A stretch of 64,000 nt of DNA, taken from the NCBI GenBank assembly GCA_964016885.1, contig OZ024742.1, positions 135,036,001 through 135,100,000 on the forward strand, read 5' to 3'. Positions within the stretch are counted from its first letter, which is position 1. The number at the start of each line of letters is the position of its first letter. Positions 43,089 to 57,421 of this stretch are shown here, piece after piece. Source of the stretch: Eledone cirrhosa (taxonomy: Eukaryota). The notes beneath the pieces are model-generated. The model made no database searches, had not been told where the DNA came from, and worked only from the letters and a program-made list of their open reading frames with translations. Both the position numbers and the translations under genes were made by a program.

Positions 43089-43091
<3 letters not shown>
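42735..43091. repeat. Long fold-back element (arms of about 165 bp) with a hammerhead core in each arm
   Basis: The arms are reverse complements around a loop near 42900-42922. The left arm on the minus strand has CTGATGA...GAAA (42835-42794). The right arm has CTTATGA...GAAA. Confidence 0.85.
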
Positions 43092-43144
<53 letters not shown>

Positions 43145-43196
43145 GAAAGGTATAGAAATTGTTGTAGCGATAAGCTAACAGTATTCCATAACATAT

Positions 43197-43310
<114 letters not shown>

Positions 43311-43990
43311 ACTCTTTTTACTGTATTGAATTCTATATCCCACGTATTTCATACAAAATCTATATATGTTTGTGTGTACAAATGCACAGATCCATTCTTA
43401 CACACTCGCTCATGCACTCATATAAATATTTCTCTTGTTATGGTTGCTATTGCAAGATATTTCTGTTTATCGGTGATTGTATTGAAGGAGTTATTATTTT
43501 ATAGGTATCGCTAATCATGTTGTCATTTCCTTTTAAGACATTTACTCCTAAAGAATTTACTAATTCTATCGTTTCTTGTTATTGAATTGGTGTGGATTCT
43601 AATACATTACTTTTATTGACCTGATCAATTATGTTGTTTTTGCTCAAAATAATTTTCCAAGGACGCTATTCGCATAAAGATACAATAGCCAAGTCTGTGT
43701 TAGCATATTTACTACAACGAGCGTTAAAGCCAATTAGAGAGAATTATGCGGTTGAGAAAAAATGGTATTAGGAATCAATACAGCTACCGATCGAAAATAT
43801 TTCTATTATTCCGACAACCATGACAGACAACGCATGAAATTACTAAATCGATGAACAATACTGTATATGAGTAGACATGAAATATTTGCATACATTGAGA
43901 TACAAAATTACTGAATAATCAAGCTCGGTAATTTATTTTATAACCATACTTTCTCTTTTCATTCTTACTTATGTAACATTTTGCTTATAT

Positions 43991-44298
43991 AGGCGGAATT
44001 GCTGTTTGGTTAAGGCTTGTGTTCCGCTACATGGCACCTTGGACAAATGAGTTTTACTATACTCTTGGGTAGAATAATGCTTTTTAGATATGTATAGGTA
44101 TGAGTGTGGATGGGTGTATATGTCTTTGTGTTTATATGTATGCGTCCATACATGTGTTTACGTTCGTTGCTTCTTTCTATCTCATTAGTTTTGACAACTA
44201 AAGATCAATGAAGTTAAATTCAGGGATCGATTTGATCGACAAAGACGGTTTAATATGGATTCCAAGTATGCATGCAGCCTAATGAATGAAATCAGTAA
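43991..44298 (+). mobile_element. Diverged CORE-type SINE (family B)
   Basis: GGCACCTTGGACAAATG CORE-like segment, internal TG/TA tract, GGGATCGATTTGATCGAC, and tail CCAAGTATG..GCAGCCTAATGAATGAAA. Resembles octopus OR-type SINEs as recalled from memory. Confidence 0.6.
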
Positions 44299-44642
44299 TA
44301 TGTAATATAATACAATATATAGAAATAATCACTGTTCACTTTCTTCAACAATTAGGATGAATTTGAAAATTCGCTGAGGAAACGTAAAGAAAATGAAGCG
44401 TTTTAAATTTGTTCTGTGCTAGGCGGTACATAAGATATACTGTTAAATTGTAAGTAGTAGAATTTATCCCTCAGCGTATAGTTAATTCCCTTGAGCCTTT
44501 TAACCAATTATACATGAAAAATTAGTTTTAATTTCACTAAACTGATATTTGGTTTCTTTAATTTTATTTTCCTCGAGTAAATTTACTAGTGGTTAAGTTT
44601 GTAAATGTTCTTGTTTTGGTGTTAGAGATGTTGTCGGCACTT

Positions 44643-44675
<33 letters not shown>

Positions 44676-45525
44676 CAGTAGTAGTAGCACATGTTGATGT
44701 TATTGTACTTGTGGCTTAGCAGTTAAGGTGTCGGGTTGCTGTTTTAATGATACGGCTCGTAGCCTTCGCTTTTTTTTGTCGTATTTAGTTTCTATTGTGA
44801 TGTTGATGTTGCTGTTGTTTAAGTCTTGGTCACCCTTCAATATATAAAACAATGACCAACATCATTCCAATCATGACATCTTGTTCATTGTAGTGTTGCA
44901 AAATGAGGTCTCCAACTACAACACGGTTCCAACAGCCCAAGTCAGCAGCTGGGAAACCGCAAGCCTTGCCAGCAAGCCAACTTGCTTAGGAAGAAAGAAA
45001 TAGACACGCCAAGCTGGATGTCTTGTCTAATATTGCTCTTCGCCGCCTGGGTTCACATCGACTATTCACATTTCTAACATTACCTGACTGCTCTCGCTGC
45101 CAACCTCACACCAACACCCTACATTGGAAATTTTACCGGTTTAAATGGTCTACCTCCAGTAAAATGCACAAAACACCCGTGTATCGTGGTTCAAATCGGT
45201 CACGTGATCCATTGTGCGTTTTTATCGCTTTCTTTTATAGATCTTCTGAACAGTGTTTCGAATTCGAGTGATACCATTTGTAGCTGATAATTGATTTAAC
45301 AATTTCCTTCGTAACAACATCTCAGTCTGCATTATCCAATTTGTCTATCTACTATATGGGAATATTATCGATTTGGTGATTTTTTCCACTACCCAATCTC
45401 TTCTGGTACATTTGTATGTTTTGTTATTACCTCTGCAGAATCAACCAATGGGAAAGGGGTTGAAGAACCGCATTTGCAATTATCTATATAACAGCTTGTA
45501 TCCCAATACAATCTTTGAGAGGTTG

Positions 45526-45563
<38 letters not shown>

Positions 45564-45569
45564 TACACC

Positions 45570-46750
45570 TACGTTGATATGGGCGTTCTTTGTTTATCTT
45601 TGTCTACTCTAAATAAACGGAATATTGTCTAGTCTATAAATTGTTGTCGTGTTCTCTGATGGCGGTAAGTTTGTCTGGTTGTTATTGGTTAAATGACCCT
45701 ATACTGACAAGAACTATATACTGGAGTTACCCATTTGTACATCCTGCCCTGCTTGCATATTCGGGTGTCCTCTACTATTTGAACAAAATATTTCTTGTTT
45801 CTTTTGTATATGACAAAAGTTTTGAGAAGGACAGAGGTGATTTAGGTACGTACTTTATTGTTTCATCATTAATGTGTTGTTTTTGTGAAGCTGGTATGAT
45901 CTAGAGTTGTTACTATTTCTTAATGCGTTATAGATGATTATTATCAATAAATATATTTTGTTTAAAGTATTGTTCAGGATGGCAGATTTGGTTTGGGATA
46001 CTGTTAATCTATTCTCGTGTTATATAGAAATTTTGTAAAGTTTGGCTATTTGATATTATATTTGAGGGATGTGCGGGTGGTGTGTATTAACCATTTAAAT
46101 TCAACTTGATATAATTTGCTGATAAGTATCTCCATCAAGCTATGTTGGACAAGAGAGGCAAATATATTTGTTATTGATGTTTATGTCGTTACTGATTCTG
46201 GTGTTTAGCGTTGTGTATCTACTGTGTTTACACCGATTATAACATTTCATATTACACATTGTTAGTGTTATGGTCTTCGTTGCTATTTCTGACGCTGTTC
46301 TTGGTGTTGGTCTCTTAGGACACTGTCATTCCAGAGCTGTTTTCGTTTCTCTCCGTGTTGAAAAATTAGTCGTTATAAACTCGTCACATCTATCGTTGTC
46401 CCTGTTTTTAGCATTCATCAACGCCTCTCATTCTTTTATGTTTGTTATTAGTCCTGTTTATGTTTGTTATTATATTTGTCGAATCTGGTGTTATTTTCCA
46501 TTCTTGTTGCTAACGCTGTGCGACTCATTGTAGTTGCTGATAGGATTAAGTTTACAGCAGTTGTTATTTCTGTTGCTCTTAATACCGATCCAGTTTAAAT
46601 ATTGTATCTGACAGTTTGCTGTATTCTTATGAAAATTGCATCACTGTTAATGATGTATCTTCGTTTTGCAGATTTTCGTTCGATTTTTCAAACAAAGGGC
46701 GCTGACTCATTGCGAATATTTATTTACTTCCTACTTGCAACATATAGCCC
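45570..46750 (-). mobile_element. Highly degraded Penelope-like reverse transcriptase remnant
   Basis: Traces AKLYKI..NSIP, CKQ..DVQMGNSS and RLDNIPFI occur in the expected order. No ORF remains. Confidence 0.35.
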
Positions 46751-47020
46751 TCCTATCTTTATGCATATATATATATGAGCTCAGGTCAGACATTTTATAT
46801 CCATGCAAGTTCTGTTTTATGATTGAATATATTTTTTCTGTGCATGCGGTAAGGAAATGGGTGTGTTGGGATTGTTGTTCTGATATGTAGATACTATATG
46901 TATGTGAGAGAGAAAAGGCAGCGTGCATTTATCTACTTTAGCTGACTATCTATTATCTACTTATCTATCTATCTCCCCTCCCTCTCTCTATATATATATA
47001 TACACACATATGTATATATA

Positions 47021-47488
47021 CGAGAGCGCATTTCGTTTTGTGCTATTTTTTGCAATTTTTTGCAATGACTACACATACTGAATTCATTTGCCAAAACTAG
47101 GGGTTTTCTCCCCTTTGGAGTTCACATGTGCTTTCAAACACTGTGAGATCCTGGCGCAGAACAAAATGCCTGTTGAGAAGTGATATCCTTTTTCGATCAT
47201 TATACCAAAAGCTTATTATTTTTTTATAAGCAGAGAGTATTATTCATTTTACAATCATTCCGGGCGGTCCGGGTAAATATTTCAATCATATCTTATTTTG
47301 TTTGACCCACTTAACTTGGTCGCTTTTTTGGCTTCGGTGGTTAATGGCTTCTTAACCATCGTCTCAGTTTTGTATGGCCTTTTTAACTTATGTGTATAGC
47401 TCTGGTATCTTCGTATCCATTGAGCGCTTGCCAACACAAATCGGAAGTTGCGTTTCCCTAGTTTCTACTCGCCGAAATGCGATTCTCG
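47021..47488. mobile_element. Putative MITE
   Basis: Imperfect TIRs CGAGAGCGCATTTCG / CGAAATGCGATTCTCG between TA-rich tracts. Confidence 0.4.
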
Positions 47489-47501
47489 CTAAATTTATAT
47501 T

Positions 47502-47551
<50 letters not shown>

Positions 47552-47584
47552 CATACACACACATACGCACACGCATATATATAT

Positions 47585-50350
47585 TTGGGTGTTCCAGAAT
47601 CACACATTTTACACAAAAGTGTTTTTTTGTCTTAGCTCCCTATGCATTTTCTCGTGCCATTTTGTATATTATCAATTTATTATGTAAATATGATTATTTC
47701 AGACTAATTTAGGCCTTGCCTAATAGTTTCAAATTGGCAGAATAATGGCGGAAACCAATGGGCCTAGTTGTAGCTACTCGCTCCGTTGTGATGATCCAGA
47801 AATATGGCTCCTGGGGCAATATGTTACATCTTTTTCACCAAACAAAATTCCAACAAATGGGATGTTTAAAGATATTTCTTCTACCTGAAAGATGGTCCTA
47901 TGAAACACGAAAAGCATGTGAGCTTCAATGGTGCTATTACGGATAAGCTTGTGATGGAAGTAGTTAGTCAGTGGGAAAAAGCTGTTGTGGAGACTCAACG
48001 AAAAGACAAAGTGAAACTGAAAATTATGAACATGTACAGTGAATACAGAAATTTACAAAACAACAAAGGTTCTAAGTCAAACAATGAAAAGAAAGCACTA
48101 TTTATTTCTGAATTATTTCTACATTGCACATACTGATGCTAAAAAGAAAATGTTGAAAGACCGTCTTCGTAATAATGAACAGAAAATGGAAGATGCTACA
48201 TTTCTCGAAGCCCTGCGTTGCCAGAAAAAAGTATCTCTGGGTGCTGAAGATAAGGGTTAACAGAAAAAGGTATCTTCAAAGTTTAAGCGTGATCGGGTTT
48301 CTGAGGCTCGTCGAGAGTCAGAGAACCATAGAAAGCGTTTGTCAGGATCTGTAGCAGCACAACTTCCACTTAATGAACTGAGTGATTCAAGTTCAACCAA
48401 TGATGAAACTGAAGATGAACAGGATCCTGAATTTCAGGCCTCAACCCCACCCAGAGACAGCTCAAAGTCAGACAAGAAACGAAAAATCCAGCTGGAACTT
48501 CCAAAGAATCCATTTCAAAGTCCAAAAATGTCTCTAATGGTTGATCGTTTAAACCTGACACTGGGTCAGAGAACAGCATTTATTGCATCGATTATTTCTG
48601 AGGGTGAGACTGAGATAGACGTCACAACTCTCTCCAAGAATATTAGAAGACGTGCAGCTAAGAAGATCAGAACACATAAAGGAACAATTTGCTGTACCAG
48701 ACTTTGTTACCTTGCATTGAGATGGCAAAATAATTCCTGGTGACCACGAGACGCTACGTGTGCTAGTTGCTGGAACTCCGAACTTCAGAGAAGGTAAACT
48801 CCTCGGTGTTCCCATAATTCCTGATGGCCATGGAACCACCCAATCCAAAGCATCATTTGATCTTGTTAAAGATTGGAATGTTGATGGGTCTGTGGTGGGT
48901 TTTGTTTTCGACACAACTGCTTCGAATTCTGGATGGAAAATTGGTGCCTGCGTGAAACTAGAAGAGATGCACAACAAAAACGTGTTTTATTTTGCTTGTC
49001 GGCACCATGTCATGGAGCGTATCTTGTGTGCAGTGTGGCAACAACTATTCGGAGCAATGTCCACTCCAGACACCCCACAGTTCAAGGAGTTCAAAAAAGA
49101 TTGGGTGTCACTCACGGACAAGACCGACTTTAAAACATTGAACATTGTCGAGCGGAGACTCAAGCGTTTGTGTTCTGAGAACATCAAGTTCCTCCAAGAT
49201 TTGCTGACATATGACGATGGGAAAATGAGTTCTCTTCCACGGGAGGACTACCGGGAATGTGCCGAGTTGATGTTGATTTTGCTTGGTGTCACCCCTCCTC
49301 GTGGAATTCATTGGATGCTGCCCGGTGCACATCATAACGCTCGGTGGATGTCCACAATAATCTATAGTGCAAAGATGTATGCATTTGGTGAGAGACTCAA
49401 TTACGATCAAGCTAAAATGGAAAAATGCGCCGGATCTGTATGTTCAATGCTCTGTTCTACGTGCGATACTGTCTGACAGCAGTCAAGTGTGATGATGCAC
49501 CATCCAATGACCTTCAATTCTACGTGGAGTTGACACAGTAGAGTAAGGTTGACAGATTTCGCGCAGGCAGCCACTACTGCTCTGAGCAGGCATCTTTGGT
49601 ATCTGATGGAGGAAGCCATTCTGCTAGCGCTGTTTTCAAGTCGGGTCCAAGAGTCCGAGAAGAAACAAATAGCCCAACGTCTTGTCAAAACGAAAACGTC
49701 TGGGTCTCTCGACCGTTGTGCTCCAGTATTTCCCGAGTTGAAGTCGTCCACGAAGCAGCCTCATCTATTTGGGAAGAAATCAAGGCTTCTGTTAGATCTC
49801 CTTGGTCTCGACGATACTTGGCTTGAGCTGTCACCTGCAGCTTGGTCATCACAAGCGTCATATCAAAATGCCTGTGCTGTTGTTCACAATATCAAGCTAG
49901 TCAACGATCTGGCGGAGAGAGCAGTCAAGTTGATAACTGATTTTGTTGCCATCACCAAGAATAAGGAGGAGATGCATTGTGTTCTTCAAGTAGTCGAAGC
50001 TCATCGTCGCAATGTCCCGGATTTCAAAAAAGAAACTCTGAAAAAAGTATGAATGGAGTTAACTTAACTGAACTTGTTTCTTCCTTGTACGCATTGATAT
50101 TCAAAGCTGGTTTACTAAATATAATGGATTAATAAAATAAAGAATTATTGTATGGTCATATTTGGTTTCACATTTTCATGATTTCATGCAACATAATCAC
50201 ACTTTCAACTATAATCACCATGATTAAGGCGAGGCTCAAAATAATGTATGTGATACATAGTATGAATTATTTTACCAATTGGGGCATTTAGAATGGGAAA
50301 ATATACAGGGAGCGTTAGTATTGTGATCTTGCTTTTTATCGCACACTCTA
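47585..50350 (+). mobile_element. Full-length hATm-type DNA transposon
   Basis: Left end TTGGGTGT and right end ACACTCTA (6 of 8 inverted match). A subterminal GCTCCCT..ATTTTC motif is inverted at both ends. ATATATAT 8-mers flank both ends, a low-complexity TSD. Confidence 0.8.
47745..50052 (+). pseudogene. hATm-type DDE transposase, disabled
   Basis: Motifs LH*DGK (W to stop), KLLGVP, FDTTASNSG, ACRHH, PGAHHNARWM, HLWYL and NDLAERAVKL. Split by several frameshifts and stops across the ORF-track pieces. Confidence 0.88.
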
Positions 50351-50527
50351 ATATATATAAAAGTAATAAATTAATACTCCGTCACATCTAATCACCAGCA
50401 TTTAGCTCGGATTAGCTACTGACGTCATGTGTTTTGGGATCGCTTGAACACGCTTATCCTCACGACGTCAAAGCGTACCGTGCACGTATAAGCACCTTGA
50501 TCATCTGCAACTCTCTCTATCTCTATC

Positions 50528-50637
<110 letters not shown>

Positions 50638-50958
50638 CATATATATACGTGTGTGCGCGTGTGTGTGTGTGAGTGTTAAAAGCAAACAATCCAGAATAAG
50701 AAAGAGATATCTTGGTGTAACGATTGTTGTAGTAGAAAGAGAATCGTAACGTTTTGGAGTGTAGTCTTTCATCAGAAAACTGGATGAGAAATGACAAAAG
50801 ACGGAAGAGTGTTGAAAGAGCAAGAAGCGGCAGAATACGATTTCGATATATGTCACGGGTTTTCAGCCAGCCATTAAGAATATATATATATATATATTAG
50901 AAAGTGAGGTTTTTTTACAAAATGAAAAAAAAAACGCGGTGTCCTACACGAGTGAACG

Positions 50959-51267
50959 TATAAGGAAAAGAGATGAAATCGAAAATGCAACTGGAGTCTT
51001 TTTTGTGGGCGTGTCTGTGTATGTGTATGTATATATATATATGTACTTATAATCTAAAAAGTTTGCTGGCTACTGCCCTTCTCTTCGTGACAAATAGGAT
51101 AAACAACATGCATTATAAGTGTAAGTTATATTCTCACATCTGTGAGAAAAACCACAAACCCTCCATCTCAATTCTACTTTTGAAAAGTATAAGAACTGTG
51201 AAACCGGTCAAGGAAACAAATATATATTCTTAAAGTTGCAGTTGCATTTTCGATTTCATCTTTTTTC

Positions 51268-51320
<53 letters not shown>

Positions 51321-52505
51321 TGTTCAATATAGAAAATGCTTCTACAGGATTAGAACTGTTTCAAACAACGCAACTGTCCTTGTAAAACGGTTGTTATATA
51401 TGTTCTCTAGTGGTTGGAGTATGTGGTGATTTGGAGGATGGCAAGATGTCATTGGTCAAGGTATTTTAAAGAACAGAGTTTGTTTGATAAAAACTATTTT
51501 CACAATTATACACAGTAATAAAATGACAAATAAAAGGCATGGTTCACATTCACACTTATGTTCCCATACAAACATGCATACAACGAAACGCCAACACATT
51601 CCAGGGTTCATTTATTATAAGTATACAAAAGGTTTCTGGTAAAGAAACCTGAGTACGTGAACATGATTTTGTATCGTTTCGTATTCTCGATTTCAGATAT
51701 CCTCTGTCGTTTGTGTTCGGCCATGTTTTACTTTAAATGTTCTTTTTTGGTGGGTGATAGATTGTATGTAGACTGCTCGGTCAAGCAGGACGATTTGGGA
51801 AGAGAGTCCATACATATGCGGTGAATATGAATTGTACAAGTGCATACACTTAGTTAATAATTCGGGCGAGCAGGATGAGTACATTTCACTCACGGTATCT
51901 ATTATTGATAACTCATATTTACCAGGATTACCGGATATGCGAAAAAAGGTTTACATTGGGAAATTTTAGTTGTTATACAGTATGTGCTTGCATGAAATAG
52001 TCTCATAGTTTATGTCAATAACTGACGTATGGAAATGATTAAATCTATGAATGATATATTTTTTAGATATTTCTAGTATACAATAACCTAGATGTTTAGC
52101 ATATATGGATAAATGAGATAAAAGATTAAATGTATAAGTAATTTGGAGGAAATAAGTATTTAGAAGGTTAAATGCATGGTTAGGACCATGGATTGAACTA
52201 ACATGACTGGGAGAGGAAATACATCGGTTGTATGTTTGTCAATTTAAAATGGTTACAGGCGGATATATGTTATTAAATATACAAAGACACACCATGGGTT
52301 GTTATGATTTCTTGTTTATAATTTAAGTGAGTAAAACTAATGCATCTAATTCCTGCGTATTCAATAAAACTACATGATTAAGTGGAAGTGAAATAGTTTT
52401 AATTTATTTGAAAGTATAACTTACACTTATAATGCATGTTGTTTTTCCTATTTGTCAAGAAGAGAAGGGCAGTAGCCAGCAAACTTTTCAGATTATAAGT
52501 ACATA
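50959..52505. repeat. Two interleaved inverted-repeat pairs
   Basis: 50959-50993 pairs with 51239-51273, and 51040-51130 pairs with 52415-52505. A variant hammerhead-like motif TTGAAAA...GAAACCGGTC lies near 51178-51210. Confidence 0.8.
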
Positions 52506-52575
52506 TATATATATATATACATACGCACACACAGACAGGCACACATCCATATATACACACACAGACACAGACACA

Positions 52576-52663
<88 letters not shown>

Positions 52664-53689
52664 CGTGTGTGTGTGGGGGGGGGGGTAAATACAGTTTATA
52701 TCAAATTCCATACACTTTTGTTAAGTATATGAAATTCCATATGATCTAAATAAGCTCTCTTGTACAAAAGTCATCATTTTTTGTTGGTCTTTTAACTACG
52801 ATTATCCCCCCCCCCCCCAAACACAAATATATATATATATATTTGTCTGTGTGTGTGTGTGTGTATGTTTGCGTGTAGAAAGAGAGAGATAGATAGATAG
52901 AGAGAGAGAGAGGGGGGGGGGGGGTGAACTGCAGAGAGATTAAGATAAGGTTAGAAATAGATACAATAGTGAAGTATAATGAGAAAGGAATAGCGGTGAA
53001 TTATAATGTATATGATGATCATTATTACACGCGTTCCTTATATAAACCATTATGTAATGTATGTATATCTTTCATTGTTTTGTTTTATTACATGGGTCTA
53101 TGTATGTTGATTTGTTCACAGTTGTTGCTGTGGTTATTGCTGATGTTGTTTGTCTTTTTCAATTTTTATTGATGATAACATTGCTAATGGTGTTGGAATT
53201 CCAGTTAGAAATACAGCAATTAAGTTGACAATGGAAACGGCAATTCTCCTTAATTAACATTATTCACGTGATCCATGTGCCAATTCCAAACACTCTCTTT
53301 CAGACCTACACATGCCTCTTCCAAACATATCACATATCAAAGGAAACTAGAAGGATGTGTAAAAGTATCTCACTTTGACCGTGAAATAAATAATTGGAAT
53401 TTAACACAATAGATCATATAAACGAATCATTGAATATAATTAGATTTATGTAGAATATAAGATCAAAAATGTGAAATTACATTTAAAAAGAAAACAATAT
53501 TATTAACAGCGTCTACTAGATCAAATATAATGAACATGCAGTTCTTTACCCTATCTCCAGTGGTGACTTAGGCTCCCTGAAATGTTTCATTTAATTCTAT
53601 TGAATCTCCAAATTTGTATTAAGATCAAAGCCCGATTTTTTTTTCTTTTTGATATATTATATTTTACGAGACTCCAATAGTTTCAATAA

Positions 53690-54022
53690 TAATGGTCTCT
53701 GATTTAGACACAAGGCAATAGTAATAGTAATAATGCCACCAATTTGGGGGGGAGAAAGTCGATTAAGTCGACCCCAGTGTGTTACTTGAGACTAATTTAA
53801 TCAATCTTTCCCTCCCCCAAATTTGTTGGCCTTGTGCTTAATCAAAAAACATTATCATTATCATTACGGACATGCTTTCCAGCATAGTTACGTCCCTTTA
53901 CGTTCTGTGTTCAAATCTCGCCGAGGTTAACTTTGCCTTTCTTTCTTACGGGGTCGATAAAATAAAGTACCAGTAATGTACTGGATAATTGCTGACCATG
54001 TGCCAAAAGTAGAAACAATTAT
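53690..54022. mobile_element. SINE family A copy preceded by a tail-to-tail inverted tail fragment
   Basis: Forward copy at 53870-54022. The segment 53690-53850 has inverted CACAAGGC..AATTTGGGGG arms. Confidence 0.8.
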
Positions 54023-55160
54023 TATTAAGTTTGTTTGTTTACACACGTTTAAATTGGTATTTTTGGCAAAGGCGATATAGGCCATTACTCTTAGCCCTCA
54101 AAATGCGAGGCCCTATGATATCTGGGACGCTCTCATATATATATAAACATTTTGCCTAAAATATACGTCCACCATTTTTTTGTAAAATTAGAGATGACAT
54201 CCTCTCCCACATCCAGCCAGAGTTCCATAATTTTTCCCGAGAAAAACCTGCCTCAGGGCAACAATTCGACTGGACTCTAAAGAGTAAAAATAGCAATGTC
54301 ACCACCGCCACTTCAGTCATCAGCGACAAGGCCAACGTCGCCAATGATAACAACAACAATGACAGCAGCAACAACAATGACAACGGCAACAAAAACAGCT
54401 GAAAAACTATGGCTTAGACATCAACAAAAATAACAACATCAACAATACTATCAACAACGGCAAGAGAAATGACATCAGCAACAATAACAACAGCAGGAGT
54501 AACAACAGTAACAGTAGAAACAGGAGACAAAATCAAAACTACTGTGCAGCAGATGAATTTGTTTTTCCATCAGTGCCAAATCTACCAACGAACGCCGTCT
54601 TCTCTACCACAAAACAGTCAACAATAACGTACCCAACACCACCATCAAAAAAGCAACTACAAAAATATAACAAACAAAGGAAAAAAAAAACAGCAACACA
54701 GAAAAACGTGAAAAACCCTTTCGCAGGAACGTCTATTAAAGTCAGTTAAAAGCAAGTTAAATGTTCAATTTAGATGTTTTGAACAAGAGCACTTGTTCAA
54801 CACCCACAACCGACCAAAGCTACACGAAAACACACGAATATACAAAACCAACTGTAAACAACAGAACATACTCCAAACATAAAAGTAAGAAAGAGAGCAA
54901 ATAAAGAACTATTGTCCTTCATAACACGAAGTGGGGTGATTTAGAAAGATGTTGAGATGTTTGGTACCAGCTCTTTTATATTGCATGAACAACTAATGAT
55001 GATTTTAATGTCTCTAGGTGCCTACAAAAGCATTAGGGATGGCTTTCCACGTAGCGTTTTTTAAAGTACGCTGCTAAAGTAACCTCAGCAAACAGGAGTC
55101 CCCAACAGCAATTAGGGGGTTAGTAGCACCCCTTTTTTTTCTCTTAAGTAATAAGCAAAT

Positions 55161-57421
55161 ATGCCAATTATAAGAGCGGGATGTATACATTTACGTGAAC
55201 CGGGTTCGTCCTGGAAGCACGATCGCTTGCTCAACGTCTAAAAACACTAGTGATGGATGTTATAGCCGTCATCAGGGTTAGGATTTCCCACACGGTGCTC
55301 TAGCCCCCATGTTTTTAGGATTTTGAGATTTACACATATTTTAGTCGGCCTGGAATGGGAGGTGGGGTGGCAATGTCGTTTAAGAAAGACATAGTTCTCG
55401 ACGGTAGAGTATTGGTCCTACACGTGAGCAATAGTGAGGGTGGTGCTTTTACACAGGAGGATCTTCAGGCATTTAGATGACTTTCTAGGAATGTCACGTC
55501 CTTTACAGTCAGCTGGGGAATAGAAAGTCATCTTGGACGAAGCTATTATTGCGCGAGAGTCGTTTATAGAAGCGGGGATGTGTGCAAAAGCTCCCAAAAC
55601 CTGATTAGGCAGCTCCCACTCTCTAGCTGATACTGACTAGATTACCCAAATACACCAGTTTGGACCTCAACCAATCGTATAATGTCATCTAGATCATATT
55701 TATATAGGTATTTTGATTGAGAAAGCAGGTAAATGAAGCACAGCGTGTCCACGACGCATTTTACGAGGGCATACTAGATTTTTTCTCCGGTGTCCTAGAA
55801 GACGTCTACTGCAATGGGCAGAAGAACGGAGACATTACTGGTTGTGTGAGTGGCAACGTAATAACGTTGATGAGGAGAGACGAGAACAAGTGGGACGCTA
55901 TAGATAATTTCCGGTCCATAAGGCTTCGATGGGGTGCTGATAAATTAGGATCAATTCGATAGGGTCAACCATCTGTACTTAGCGGTTGTCCTCAAAGCAG
56001 TCGGCTGCAGTCCCATCGTCAGATGCTGGATTGTGGCAATGTACATTGGCATCTGCTGGGTGGTCAAATTGAATGGCCACCTATCAGAACGGTTTCAGAT
56101 TAGGCGCTTGGTCCGTGAAAAATGAAGTCTCCCTCCCTTCTGTATGTACTGATTCCGAGCCCCTGCTTGAGAAAATGGAGCTCTTCGGTACATCACTCTC
56201 GAATCGCATGTGTAGACAACGTCACCGTGATTTTGTCGAACAACTTGGAAACTGAAGCGGTCGGCAAATCCTTAAAGGAACATGAAATGTTTATGGGAGC
56301 AGATATCTACCCGGAAAAGTCGGTGGGTTTGCTTACAATTTCTTGATGATGCGAAAACATTCTCAGAGCCTATATCATTTCTAGGTGTTGCTAAACGATG
56401 ATCAGGTATGAAAAACGTTTCTATCTACGTATTTTCACAGCTCATCTCTTTGACTGAGCTGCAGACGTGTGTCAAGCAAAATCCGGGACTAGGTGCCTGG
56501 TATCTGGAATGATGTCAGGTGCTCACAGCACTCTACCAATGGGGCAATGTGGTCAGTGGAAATTCCACTCTAGCGCTCCATAAAGAATTAATGATAGATG
56601 TCTGCGACGACGTTCTCGGAAAAAATCTGGTCGTCGACGAAATTGAACTAACCAGTCTTTTCCGAAGAGACTTTGAGCCGAAGACTATGCGCAATTTCCA
56701 GAAATCCTTTGCTTGGCAGTGCACCCCGTTATCACTTCCAGTTCGATAAAAAATTCTAAAGGCACGGAAGTGCTGCAAAGCTGACCTGACAGAGATGTGT
56801 GCAGAACGATGGGACCGTTCTTCAGGCACTCGTCCAATGTGTCATTACTGACGTGGTGTTTTGAGGAGCAACTATTACTACTTGTACGATGTATCTTACT
56901 CTATCGTGAAGATCCGTACACCACCTTAGTTTTCTGGGAAGTTCTTGTAGTTTTCTTCTGTATGGTAGCTGTAATGCAAGAGGTATTATCGTGGACGCGG
57001 CTGAAATGACTGAAGACAGACAATTTCCTCTTTCGCCAATCACTCATCGACTATTTCAAGTTCTATTTGGAAAAGAAGATGAGAGTGGAGATTGAAATTC
57101 TGCCTCCTAATATGTTTGTTAAAATGTAGGTAAACGTAGCATGGATGACCCGAGTGAATGTGCCTACTCTGAACATCCGCCTGTAGGCTGGAGTGTTTCA
57201 AGTTGAGAGAGGCACCTTCCTATTGTACTCTTGGAGATTACGGTGGTTTAAAATCTGTGGAGTTTCTATGTTAATTGTGGGTGGTCCTTCCTCCTATTGG
57301 TGATATCATTTATCGTTATTTCTTTTATTTGTTTACACGTTTTTATTTTTTTGTGAACCCCTACTATCCCTGCCTTTTGTTTTGTTCTACAGTTTTTGGC
57401 CATTGTAGCCAATAAAGAAAG
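55161..57421 (+). mobile_element. Degenerate Tx1/L1-clade retrotransposon ORF2 with 3' end
   Basis: APE-like traces (MPIIRAGC, GRVL, PVWTS..SRSYL), RT traces (ITLMRRD..DNFRSI, PSLLYVL..EPLL, DNVTVI, PEKSVGL), C-terminal FAWQC..LPVR, and CCAATAAAG at about 57410. Confidence 0.65.

Noticed and set aside
44889-45320. Possible solo LTR (TG...CA)
   Set aside because: No matching TSD or second LTR was found.
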